Positions 11,723 through 23,833 of a stretch of 58,849 nt of DNA are shown piece after piece (positions within the stretch are counted from its first letter, which is position 1; each line of letters starts with the position of its first letter). The stretch lies in contig NC_068982.1 in the NCBI RefSeq assembly GCF_001194135.2, positions 110,291,842-110,350,690 on the forward strand, written 5' to 3'. Made by a program: the position numbers and the translations under genes. The stretch is from Octopus bimaculoides. Its lineage: Eukaryota. The notes beneath the pieces are model-generated. The model was not told the origin of the DNA, searched no databases, and saw nothing but the letters and a program-made list of their open reading frames with translations.

Positions 11723-12599
11723 AGCAAGTCACTGAGCATGCGTACATGTCATACGGGAGAGTTCCAATCAGGGGTGGATAACAACCTTATAGGAACCCCC
11801 TATATACTGTGATCCTGATTGGGAGGTGCAGGCCTCCCTGCTAGGGGTGGTGGGCTGCCGCTAGTCTGCCTTCTAGTTGTCCCGCGTTGTCTATTTATAG
11901 TTCGACCCGTCTTTATCAACAGTCTTAGGGATGTAGTGCTATGGAGTTCCCAACTAGACAGATAGTTATTCACTGGATCGTTCTATGTGTTATGTGGGGG
12001 GTTTCCTTATGTTTTATATGGGAGGGTCTTTGATAGGTGATATTTTTGGTTATCGTGTTTTGATTGGTCGGTTCTGTGGTTTGTACGGTCGGGTCCTGTT
12101 TAGGATTCGGTGAACGTTATCGGGCCCGGTTGACAACGCCTGGTATGTTATGGCTCGTGTTGGTGGTGATCTAGAGACCTGGTGTGATGTGAAAACTTGC
12201 TACTATGGGGCGGGTAGCCACTCCACTAGGGTGACTGATAGTTATGACCCGCTCGACTCGGGGAGGCCCGGTGCGTTATGACCTGCCTTTCGAAGCAGGT
12301 GGATGCACCACCGGGATCTGCCTTGACGCCTGCACGGCGTCCGGTGCGGTAAACCTCGCTGTTTCGGGTTCGTAGATGCACTATCGGACTTGGCTAAAAT
12401 CTACTGCTAGCATTGAGTGGATGCACTGCCAGGCAGGTACCTTCTGTGGCCTGCATTTCGGTGTCTAGTTGGTTGGTCGGAGGGTATTCTAGTCGGCTGC
12501 GGTGGTGGTAGTCTGTCTCTCCTGTAGGGTTTAGCTTTGTGCCTCCCGTAAGTCTAACTTAATCGTTTTGGCCATGTACTCATGAAAATTGCCGCCTCG
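11723..12599. mobile_element. Unclassified GC/CpG-rich insertion, probably TE-derived
   Basis: Abrupt rise in GC and CpG relative to the flanks; TTAA at 11719-11722 and 12600-12603; several short hairpins; no recognisable ORF. Confidence 0.4.
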
Positions 12600-12974
12600 T
12601 TAAATTTCTCATGTCATATGAAGTTACTTAATTTTAATTTTTTTATTTTACCGACATAAACAGTATTTGCAATTCTAAGTATGGACATGTCACATCAAAG
12701 TGAAGTTGATGATTTAAATAACAATTTCGAATAGAAAAGAGCAGTTCTAAAGTGAGCACAACACAAACAGAGTTATCTAATAGAAAATATAACACCATGA
12801 TATCATTTGACTTTTCTAAAACGTTACAGGTTGCACTGTGCATCAAAATCCGTTCATAAATTAATATTGGAAACTGCACAATGCAGCATAGATTTTATCG
12901 AAGCATAATTCAAGGGAAATAACTCTTTTCATTAGTAATTTTGGGATTGAAATATAGTAGGGAGGGTGACGCAT

Positions 12975-12979
12975 GGACT

Positions 12980-13023
<44 letters not shown>

Positions 13024-13042
13024 GGCAGACAGACAGGCAGAC

Positions 13043-13085
<43 letters not shown>

Positions 13086-13088
13086 CAG
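12975..13088. repeat. (GACA)n(GATA)n compound tetranucleotide microsatellite
   Basis: Direct reading. Confidence 0.95.
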
Positions 13089-13335
13089 GAAAAATAAAAC
13101 TCAAAACATGAGTACATATGTTTTTTTATATTAATAATCGACAGAAATTAGAATGACTCAAAGCCGAAGGTTTCGTGCAGTTTTCTTTTCTTGTTTTTTG
13201 TTTTATTGGAATGAAGTAAGAATAAGTACTACATGCCATAAACAATACAAATCATTTCATTCATAATTAGCAGCATAAACGTGAATTTTAAATTCTTAAA
13301 CGCAATATACCATTCAAGAGGGAGAAAAACTGAAG

Positions 13336-14072
13336 ATATTTCGGCGGAGTTTCGCAATAGCTCGCCTAGATAAGTTGAAGTTTCTCCGTTTTCGCCCAGA
13401 TTTTTCAAATCTTTTTTCTTTTTCTTTTTTCACCACTCCCAAGTGACGAGAGGAAGCCGTTCATAACTGTTTTTTAATCCATACTGTTCTTCTCACCACT
13501 CCACATCTTCATAAAAGAAATCATTAAAAATCTAATTTTTTTTCGCCACCCCCCACCTCCTATTATTATATTCCATATTCTGAAATATATGTGATACACA
13601 TTTTTAGAATAAAAAATGTTTAAATCCATATATTTTGTTTTAAATGTGAATTCCAAAAGTTTCAGAATGCAGAATATAAAATGAGTAAAAATAACAAAAC
13701 AAAAAAAATATATATTGGTGGGGAGGCATTTAAAACTTGGATTTAATCTTATTTTCTTTCTTTTTTTTTTCCTCTAACTTTCCTCTAAAACTTTAAATGA
13801 CATGCGTTTCAGACTATGAAATATAATAATAAGACGGGTAAAGGGAATTTTTTTTAATGGTGATTTCTTTCCTAAAGGTACGGGGCAAAGTGGAAAGCAG
13901 TTTAAAAAGCTATGGTTTTTTATTTTTTATTTTTTATCTAAAGGGCTCCACTGCCACCATCACCACCAATCATTTTGAAATGCATGATGCAAAAAAAAAT
14001 TGAAAAATCCCGACGAAAACGCAGAAAATCCAACTGATGTGGGTGAGTTATTCCGAAACTCTGCCAACATTT
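13336..14072. mobile_element. Palindromic MITE/foldback-like element
   Basis: 13336-13415 is the diverged reverse complement of 13991-14072. An inner inverted pair is also present (ttatattccatattctgaaa near 13566-13588 and tttcagaatgcagaatataa near 13660-13679). Confidence 0.55.
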
Positions 14073-14288
14073 TCTTGTGTCATTTCAGACAGAAGCTGTT
14101 TAAAGTTTTGTTTAATTGAAATGTACTCAAAATAGTTATTCACGCTTTGAAGGGATGTGCGCTCACAAATACTGTATTTTTCATAGATTTTATATATTGG
14201 AGTACATTACGTTAGAGTTACCTCCCTTAACATCCCCTTCCTGGCACATAAATCAATTTTGAAAGGGAATGTTTTAAATATTCTTTTA

Positions 14289-14518
14289 CTCTTTTACTTG
14301 TTTCAGTCATTTGACTGCGGCCATGCTGGAGCACCGCCTTTAGTCGAGCAAATCGACCCCAGGACTTATTCTTTGGAAGCCTAGTACTTATTCTATCGTT
14401 CTCTTTTGCCGAACCGCTAAGTTACGGGGACGTAAACATACCACCATCGGTTGTCAAGTGATGTTGGGGGGATAAACACAGACACACAAACATATATACA
14501 CACATACATATATATATA

Positions 14519-14558
<40 letters not shown>

Positions 14559-14723
14559 TACAACGGGCTTCTTTCAGTTTCCGTCTACTAAATCCACTCA
14601 CAAGGCTTTGGTCGGCCAGAGGCTATAGTTGAAGACACTTGCCCAAGGTGCGACGCAGTGGGAATGAACCCAGAACCGTGTGGCTGGTAAGCAAGCTACT
14701 TACCAGGCAGCCACTCCTGCGCC
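14289..14723 (-). mobile_element. tRNA-derived SINE, family B, near full length with internal (TA)n
   Basis: The minus strand begins ggcgcaggagtggctg..tggtaag...ttctgggttcattcccactgcg (A/B-box-like head). Body shared with 28575-28915 and 55128-55480. Confidence 0.8.
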
Positions 14724-14929
14724 TATATAGTAATTTTTAAAAAATTGTTTACATAAAAGTCTAAACAACCTTAATTGTAAAATTTCATAAAATCATTACT
14801 TTTAAAGTAAGTGGCTTAAAAAAAAAAACAGCCGATATTAAAGATATTTTTCTCACTCGATAAGAGGCAAACAACCTCGTTCTCACAAGAGGTGACTTCC
14901 ATTGAATATGTTGGGCAACATCAGTGCGA

Positions 14930-15100
14930 TTACTCAGATGTACAGAGGCTGCAGACAATGAATGAAGGGAGATTAAAGCTCTTGAAATTCCGAGATACAA
15001 ATGACCTAACCATTTAAACACAGATTTTCATAAAATCAGCTGATTACTTACCATTCAAATGTTAAGCCAGAAAGATTTTACCAGGAAATAAATGTTTGTG
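14930..15100 (+). mobile_element. Old RTE-clade APE endonuclease fragment
   Basis: Translates as MNEGRLKLLKFRDTNDLTI, then NTDFHK..LITYHS after a frameshift, resembling NxNGxRLLxFCxxNxLxIxNTxFxHK. Confidence 0.45.
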
Positions 15101-15559
15101 AATACTATGTGTTCCCCCTGTAAAGATTACAGCATTCAATACAGATAGTGATTAATGACCTCAGAATAAGAGTTGGGTAGACTTATAGACCCGAGACAAA
15201 CTTGGGTAGAAAGATATGGAAGCTGAAACTACAGACATCAAATTGATAGATTATGTCATAAAATAGCAGTTATGGAATAGTAACCAGACAGAGAGTTGAC
15301 TAAGATATACAGCCTGAATCTGTGCAGCATAACCACTGATGTCCTTTTTTTAATGACACAACTGGTAGCTAAGAGTAATCCATTATACACAACATTCGTT
15401 GGCCTAGAGAAAGTCATTGATCGAATACTATACTCAATACTCTCGCGGCCGTTAAGAAAAGAGTAATTAGATGAATGTATAAAAACTAACACTTCTTTTT
15501 TCCGAGCTGAGATTCGAAACTGAATCTAAAGATTCTCGCTCGTCTGATCCACCACTGAC

Positions 15560-17415
15560 CAAACAGACGCGAAAGAAATTTCTTTGTCCTGTCAAAAAGT
15601 GATGGACGGATTTCTCTTCGACCTCCGACTTGAACTGTGTTATATAATGTTCAAGTGGACAGGAGGCGACCTACATAGGTAGAAATTACTCCTGTGGTAT
15701 GTCTGTCTTTCTCGTTGGGATGACTAATGATAAAGAGTCAGACATACGACAGACGGGGCAAACAGCCATCAACAGGCAAACGGTCAAGAAACGGCAGACA
15801 GCCAGCAAGTGGCAAACTGACGACAGCCAGCAGTTAACTTGTGCCGATCAAGCAGCCAACACAACCACATATTCAGCATTAATGACCCAACTCGCAGAAC
15901 ATACAGACACGACCGAATGACCAACGCACACACAGACTCAAAATATACCCGGTTCTACCTCATCACATCGACACAGTATTTCTCCTGTTCCTTTTTCTTT
16001 TTTTACTTCTCCAACTCGAAGCAAGTCGATTTGGTAGACGAAGCCCGAGTGCCACTCGTAATTCGCAGGAAGCTTGTTGGTACCACCAAAAGTTTGGAAC
16101 ACGGGCGCAGAAATGCACGAATCCATGCTCGTCTTCAGCATCCCCGTTCGGGAAACGACACAGCCAGGAATTGAATGAGACAGAAGTTCTTGGCTCTCGC
16201 CCACAAAGTTGCCTGTTTTTCGATCGCGATTGTGTAACAGGCACGCGTTTCCTTGTTGACACCGGCGCGGAAGTCAGCATAATCCTTGTTTCCTGCACTT
16301 CAGGCAAAAGAAAAGAGACACCGGTCTGTCTTCAGGCAGTCAACCACTCACCGATTCCAACCTACGGTGAACAGTCCCTAACNNNNNNNNNNNNNNNNNN
16401 NNNNNNNNNNNNNNNNNNNNNNNNNNNNNNNNNNNNNNNNNNNNNNNNNNNNNNNNNNNNNNNNNNNNNNNNNNNNNNNNNNNNNNNNNNNNNNNNNNNN
16501 NNNNNNNNNNNNNNNNNNNNNNNNNNNNNNNNNNNNNNNNNNNNNNNNNNNNNNNNNNNNNNNNNNNNNNNNNNNNNNNNNNNNNNNNNNNNNNNNNNNN
16601 NNNNNNNNNNNNNNNNNNNNNNNNNNNNNNNNNNNNNNNNNNNNNNNNNNNNNNNNNNNNNNNNNNNNNNNNNNNNNNNNNNNNNNNNNNNNCACCAGAT
16701 CGTTTCAAGGCCGTCAAGCGAGAATTCCAGCACATGCTTGACCTCGGAATCATCCGCCCGTCCAGCAGCAACTGGTCCTCGCCAATACACTGCGTTCCAA
16801 AGAAGTCATCAACCGATTGGCGAGTTTGCGGTGATTATCGATCACTAAATAACTGCACTGTACCTGATGCATATCCTGTCCCACATCTACAGGACTTTTC
16901 TAGCTCGCTGCATGGAGATAGACCTTTTGTGCGAGCTTACAATCAAATCCCTGTAGAACCTGCAGATATTCCGAAGACAGCAGTCACGACAACATTCGGA
17001 ATGTTTGAATTCTTGCGTATGCCTTTCGGTTTACGCAACGCAGCACAGACGTTCCAACGTTTTATAGATACAGTTACCAGAGGTTTTCCTTTCGTCTATG
17101 CATACATAGACGACGTACTCGTAGCCAGTAGCTCAGACGAAGAGCATGATCAACACCAGCATCTGCTATTCCAACGCCTGCGCGAATGTGGTATTGTTAT
17201 CAACCCCAGCAAGTATTCGTTCGGAGTTGCGTCCCTTCATTTTCTCGAGCACATCGTTCGATAATGATGACATTCGCCCACTTCCCGAGAAAGTCAATGC
17301 CATCGTGGATTTTCCACCACCCACATCTCTCCGCAAATTGCGGGAATTTCTTGGCTTGGTGAATTTCTACCGCAGATTTTTACCCCACTGTGCAGAGACA
17401 GCCCAACCGCTCATA
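15560..17415 (+). mobile_element. Ty3/Gypsy LTR retrotransposon internal fragment (gag end, protease, RT, start of connection/RNase H), decayed
   Basis: ACWYHQKFGTRAQKCTNPC gag motif near 16072-16128; RFLVDTGAEVSII protease; [45 protein letters not shown] (16734-17264); KVNAIVDFPPPTSLRKLREFLGLVNFYRRF. Truncated near 17412; no LTRs seen. Confidence 0.9.
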
Positions 17416-19049
17416 GATTGTCTTTATAGACACACGATTGTCTTCATCCAGAAAATTACGAATTCTCTCAACCAGCTCAGATGTTTTGACGTCTTTTTCC
17501 TTCCTACACTTATCTTTCACCTCCTCTCTGTCGTCCTTGAACCTCTTGTACCGGTAAAAAAGGTTGATTCATAAGCAGTCTGGACCTTTACACAAGTTTC
17601 TGCTGCATTCTCCCCAATTTAACACAAAACCTTATTGCATAGTGAGCTTCCAAACGTCCCGGCTGCATTCTGCAAATTAGTCAGCAGTGTTTAGTAAGGT
17701 GTGTTCGAAGTGTTGTTACAGCTGTTACCTTTAATTTGGAATAACAAAAGCTGACGGGTCATCTTATTAGATGTACAGTAATGATATACTAAAATTACAA
17801 TAATCTAGGACGTTTATAATTGCCTCTCCTAAAAAGTATCAAAAATTTTGGAATGCACCTCGTAGTTGACAGTTTTTTTTATTATTTCAGTATCCTAATC
17901 GGCAGTGAGGTGGTTGTTCCACATAATCATCGTCATCATTTTACGTTTGCTTTTTTATGTTGGCATGGATGAACAGATCTCAAAACAACTCTCCATACAA
18001 CATTGACATCATCCTCTGAGACATACAGAAAGAGGAAAAACAACTAATTTTGTTGTATATACATATCCTATTGTGTGTACTGTGCATTTGAACGCACCAC
18101 CAGTACTACAGAAGTTGTGAAGTAAAGGGTACTCTTTACCTTGTTTAAACTTACTACCCTCCTAATTGAGAAACATGTGACATGGTTTGCCAAGTTAATA
18201 TGTGGAAAGCTTAGTTGTCTGAGTTAAGACAGAGTGAAAATATTCAGACAATTATTATTTTCATGTGGGTTTCTCTCTTTCTGAAAGGTAGACTGTTTGA
18301 TGTTTACATACAAAGTGTGATATTGCATGGTAACGAGAGTTAAACACTAAATTTGGAAAATATGCAAAGGTTGTAAAGGATTGCAGCAAGTATGTTCTGG
18401 TATGCATGAATGCCAGAGTATCTCTGCTAATTAGCATATAAATGGCAAACTAGTACAATGTTTTCAGTTACCTTAAATCAAATACATTCCTTTTTATAAA
18501 ATATTTTTATGTACTTCTTTATCTTAGCATTCATCATTATCTGGTAATTGTTATTTGCTTTGAGAGTGGAGAACACCACTCCGACTTGTTACAGACAATC
18601 TCTAATTATTTGCTAACTTTAAGGACCCCGATTATTATAAATGAATAGTCAGTCCTAAATTTCTTCCCTGGAAGCCTCTCATTCATATAGTGGAAAGCAA
18701 CATAGCTCAATAAAACAGATAATTACAACTTAGACATTGGTTTTTAAAGGAAATAAATTTGAACCATAGACAAAAAGAAAACAGTTCTCCAACTCTCCTC
18801 AACCAATTAACCCATTATTTATCTCAAGAAAATCTCAACGGTACTTTATTTACAAAGAATTTAAAGTGAAACTTACAGATTTGACTGACCCTATATTCAG
18901 CTTCCCACTTTTACACTCTTGATAAAGCTAGAGCATCATCCCTTAATAAAGCAATCCAGTCAAAGTGAATGTCATTGTGGGCTAAAGCATTTTTCTGCTG
19001 GTACTTGATAACACTGCAATGTCAAGAAAGAAAACTTGCAGAATTAATA

Positions 19050-20201
19050 CGAGGGTCCACTGAAAGGTTCAGAGACTGGCCAAGATACTTCGATTGAATG
19101 TGACCAAATAAGTTTTATTTTTCAATATAGTCCTCCTTGCAGTCCACACATTTCTTCCATCAGTGTTGCAGTGCTTGGATCCCATTGGTGAAGAAGCTTT
19201 CATCCTGTTAATCTAAAAAGTCATCAACAGCAGATAAGACATCACCATCACTACAATATTGCTTCCCAGCCAAGTGTTTTTTCATGTTTGGGAACTGGTA
19301 ATAGTCAGACAGAGCCAAATCAAAAGAATAAGGAGGGTGATTAACCAGTTAAAACCACAGTCACACATAGCAACCATTGAAACCAATGACATGTGATCCT
19401 TTTCAAGATAGTCAATAAGCACAATGCTTTTTGCATCTCCAAAAACTGAAACCGCCACCTTCTCTGCAGATGGAATGATCTTGGCCTTTTTGGAGCAGGT
19501 GAGGAGTGTTTCTACTGTATGGATTGCTTCTGGATCAAAGTGATGAACTCAACACTTGTCCTGGGTTAGAAAACATTCAAAGAAACCAGCTGGATCCACC
19601 TCAAACAATGTCAGATTTTTCCCCGTGATGTGATCAGTCTAGTGCACTTTCATCAGGTGTGAGAAGACATGACACCTACAAAGCAGAAACCCTCACCATG
19701 CCAAGTTCATTGTGCAGAATATTCTCAACTCTCTCATGGGATATTTTAATAGCATTGTCTATTTGGTTTATAGTCAATTGCCTGTCATCCTTCATCATGT
19801 GGTGAACACAATCAATATTCTTCTCAGTGGTAGCAGTTGCAGGACATCCAGACCTTGGATCATGTTCAAGACTCTCCATTCCCCTCCTACATTCAGCTGC
19901 CAACTTTTACACTCTTGATAAAGCTAGAGCATCATCCCTTAATAAAGCAATCCGGTCATCATGAATGTCATTGTGGGCTAAAGCATTTTTCTATTGGTAC
20001 TTGATAACACTGCAATGCCAAATTTTGTCCATTTTCAAGAGAAGTTACTAATAATTACTTTTGAAGTCTTCTTTGAGCATCATTTTAACTGGAGAGAAAT
20101 AATACTGTTATTAATAAGAAGAGTCGAAATTAATGCATGCAAAATTTCACAGTTCTAGCACCACTCCATAGTCAGTCTACGAACATTTCAGCCCACCCTC
20201 A
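19050..20201 (-). mobile_element. Decayed mariner DNA transposon, copy 2, with both TIRs and TA target sites
   Basis: TA(19048-49)-cgagggtccactgaaaggttcagagactg and catagtcagtctacgaacatttcagcccaccctca-TA(20202-03) are diverged inverted repeats. HTH-region ORF 19676-19903 is homologous to copy 1. Confidence 0.85.
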
Positions 20202-23200
20202 TAATGAGACAAGAAAGCAATAGAGCTACACAAATATAACCTACAACTTCAAGAATGTTTCATAGTCCCAAAACTTTCCGGAGATGAACTAAATTAATAA
20301 GTAAATGTCTCAAAATCTACGAAAATGTACTACAAAGAAATTCAGAAAGAATGTTTTAAAAAAATGCAAAACTTATGACATTAGCACAAATTACTGTGAA
20401 AACTTTCAGTAGAGCTTTTTTATTCATTAAAACAAAATGAAATCTATTTAAAATATATATGATCATAGTAACATAGAATACATGTATATCTATAGATTTT
20501 AGAATATTAGAAACTGAAAAAATATGTTAAAGCATAAGATAAATCATGCTTATACTTTTGGAGTCCAACTATATTAATTTCAAGATTTTTAACATCTATG
20601 ATGAGGACATAATCTTCTCAAATACTGACAAAAATTATCTTTATAGAAACTGTGATCTCTTGCCACTTTTTGCTGTTATTTATAAGGTTGTGGTCTTTTA
20701 AAAAAGAAATGAAAGATGTATAGAACCCCAATAGTGTTAAAGAATTCATAAATTTTCACAAGAGTCTCAGCCATTGTGACAATGTAGAGATTGAAGTGAT
20801 ATTGAAAATACATTTAGTGATTATCCATTGGTATTTTATGAAACTCTATTGCATTCAAAAAAGCTTCTAAGAATTATATAATGCTTCCCCTTTAATCTTA
20901 CAAATAATAAGAATGTCATAGGTGCAGTTTGATAAATGGTTAAGAAGGTCACTTCACAACTGTGGGGTGCCAGATTCAATCCCACTGCTGGGCATCTTAT
21001 GCAAACCTCATTTTCTATAGCCTCAGGCCTACCTATACCTTTTGGTGAAGGAAATTGGGTGGATTGTACAAAAAATGTATGGCCTTGTCACATACTGATT
21101 GTGCCCAAGAATTCCATTAAGGATACACATGTCTGTGGAATGCTCAGCTACTTATTCATAAATTTAGGTGCAAATAATTCAGTTGATTGAACAACTGAAT
21201 CCTTATGATCAACCAATAGAGACTCGTTTTGTTACCTAAGTTTAAATATTCTCTCACAAATATTCTATTTACTTTTTTATACACATACACAGAGAAATTT
21301 GACATAACCTCCAAATGCAGTAAAAATTATCTTTTTCAAAGTGAAGTCAAAGAAATTAGGTGCTTTATAAATGAAGACACTATTTTATCTGGTTAAGAAA
21401 TTCCATTAATAAAATCTGAAGCATTTATTTGATCTATTGATTGATATTACAAAATGATAGTGGAGATTTACTTCCATACATTGATATGGGGAATAGCATT
21501 GTCTACTATATGATAATATCAGGTGAGTGTTTTTGAAATTTCTTTCAATGGCTGTTTTTGAGGCAGAATATTCAACCAATAATGACATGTAATTGAACAT
21601 TTGTTATGTTACATTGAACTAAATTAAGAAATCTTATTGTCATATTTACATAACTATAATCAATGTTTAAAACACTGAACTACTTGAAGGTTTAATTTGG
21701 AGTTTTAGTTTAGCAATAAAGACTCATAATAAACTTTTACCCGAGAATTATTTTTTATTGTTAGCTTGGTTTGGAAGGATCTGTGTCCATGGCCTTTGCA
21801 GATACTCTAACACTGGTGGGATTTATACAATTAATTTCTTCTTGAATAGCTGCAAGTTGACAGCTGCAGGGAAAACATAAACATGAAGGGAATTCTATAG
21901 GGCTAATATCATCAGGAAGAAGGAATGAGCACAGTGATTAATTCAAGGGTTGGGGTAACAATATACATTATATGAGGAACAGACAAGTGAGTTGAGAGTA
22001 CCTGAATGGAAAAAGACAAGAAACCAGCCATCTTTGAAGAGCAGGGACCACTGTAGAAGATGCAGTGTAGAAAAGAAACAGCCAATTAGTCAAACAACTT
22101 TATTTTGGATGCTGTTCAAGATATTTGTATGTATAGCAGTACTATCTCAGTTTAGTACATTTAAGTAAATACAGCGGATCAAGACAGCAAATGAATTGGT
22201 AAAATATCAGCAGCATTCAAGCATATGTAAAAAATTTGGTGAAACAGAAAGATTTATGACTCAGTATTGTTTTTTAAATCCATTGTACTATCAACATTAT
22301 TGTAAGGATTTAAAACATGGTATCTCTAAGTGGTTGCTAAATCTGCTAGAAATACCAGCTAAATTTCTCTCAAACCACACCCAGCTGTCTTTAAGAAAAA
22401 AAAAAGAAAGAAAAGAGGAATATGAATTATGTACTTCTAAATGTTCAAAAAAGCATCATATTTTAATGACTGGAATACTTGATCATAGGCCTATCAGAAA
22501 TGACCTGGAGCTAATTAATAACAACCATGAACATGACACACCAGACTCCAAGAGAACATGAGATAAAGGTAATAAACAACTAAGATCTTTCACTTTCTGC
22601 CTACCAAACCTACTCAAAAGGGTTTGGTTGGTCCAGGGCTATAGTGTAAGGCACTTGCCCAAGGTGCCATGCAGCATGTGACCCCAAAACCACATGACTG
22701 GAAAGCAAACTTTTTAACCACATGTATCAAGATCTAGAATCTACAATGTTTAGGTTTAGATAAGTTGTAGATAGAAAGAAGTTTTATTAAACAATACCTT
22801 GTTATAAATTTTACATTTTTAATGGTGAATAAGTCTTCAAAAAAATTTATTTTGACAGTCCAGAAAATACCACTCAACAAATATTAAAGATACAAGATTT
22901 TAATTAAAATACATTTCTTATTTACATACCTGAAAATATTTTGCTACAAATTTTCTACTGATAAGATTTTACATAATTTCTCAGTAATTAGTTTTATATC
23001 TGTTCGACAAACCATCTCAATATCTTTCTCTTCTAAATATTTGCTTATGGCTTTTGAATGAAAATGACTTTCCATAAATTTCACATGTATAAGATTTGAT
23101 CCCTGTAGTTTTCCTGTCAAGTTTAATGAGATTGCATCTGTATAAAAAAAAATTGTAATGATAAATAACAACAAATAAATCTTTCTCCAGTTTGTATTCA

Positions 23201-23833
23201 CTCCACACTCAGCAAATTGGCAGAAACAGCATCTGATAAAATATCATTGTATTTTTCTAGGGTTTTCTACATTCTGAGTTCAAGTCCTGCTAAGACCAGG
23301 TTTGCCTTTCAACCTTTTAGGGTCAATATATATAGCAGACTGGAACAAGCATCAAATATGATGTGATGCTGTATTTTGTTATGCTCATTGCATAATGAAA
23401 TGAAATTACATCATGACCTTCTTGGACATAAGACTCAATCCATCACCCAGTTTAATACTAGCACCTGGTCCTTGAGTACTTTTAGTATAATCCACTTTGT
23501 TATGAGTCTATTAGTCTCAGAGTCCATGAAAAGAGTCATAGTCCTTGTCCTTCCTACTGATAAAGCAATAAAAATATGCCAAATGATTCTCCACATATTT
23601 CATATAGTTTTTTTTTTTTTTACTAGTGTCTAATCATTTGGATTTTGTAAATATTTGAATAAAAATACTTATTATTTTAGTAGATATTTACAGAGACTCA
23701 AATAAACTCCCATTTTTAGAGAACATATGAAACCTGATGAAAATTCACATAGACCCATTTCTAACATATTTTATCACATTCTCTAATGTGTACCTGTTAG
23801 TAGGTGTTTAGATTTTCAAAAGGATTCCTCACA

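Noticed and set aside
11745-11880. HDV-like ribozyme fold in the GC-rich block
   Set aside because: I could not build the P1/P1.1/P2/P3 double pseudoknot by eye; only simple hairpins are supported.
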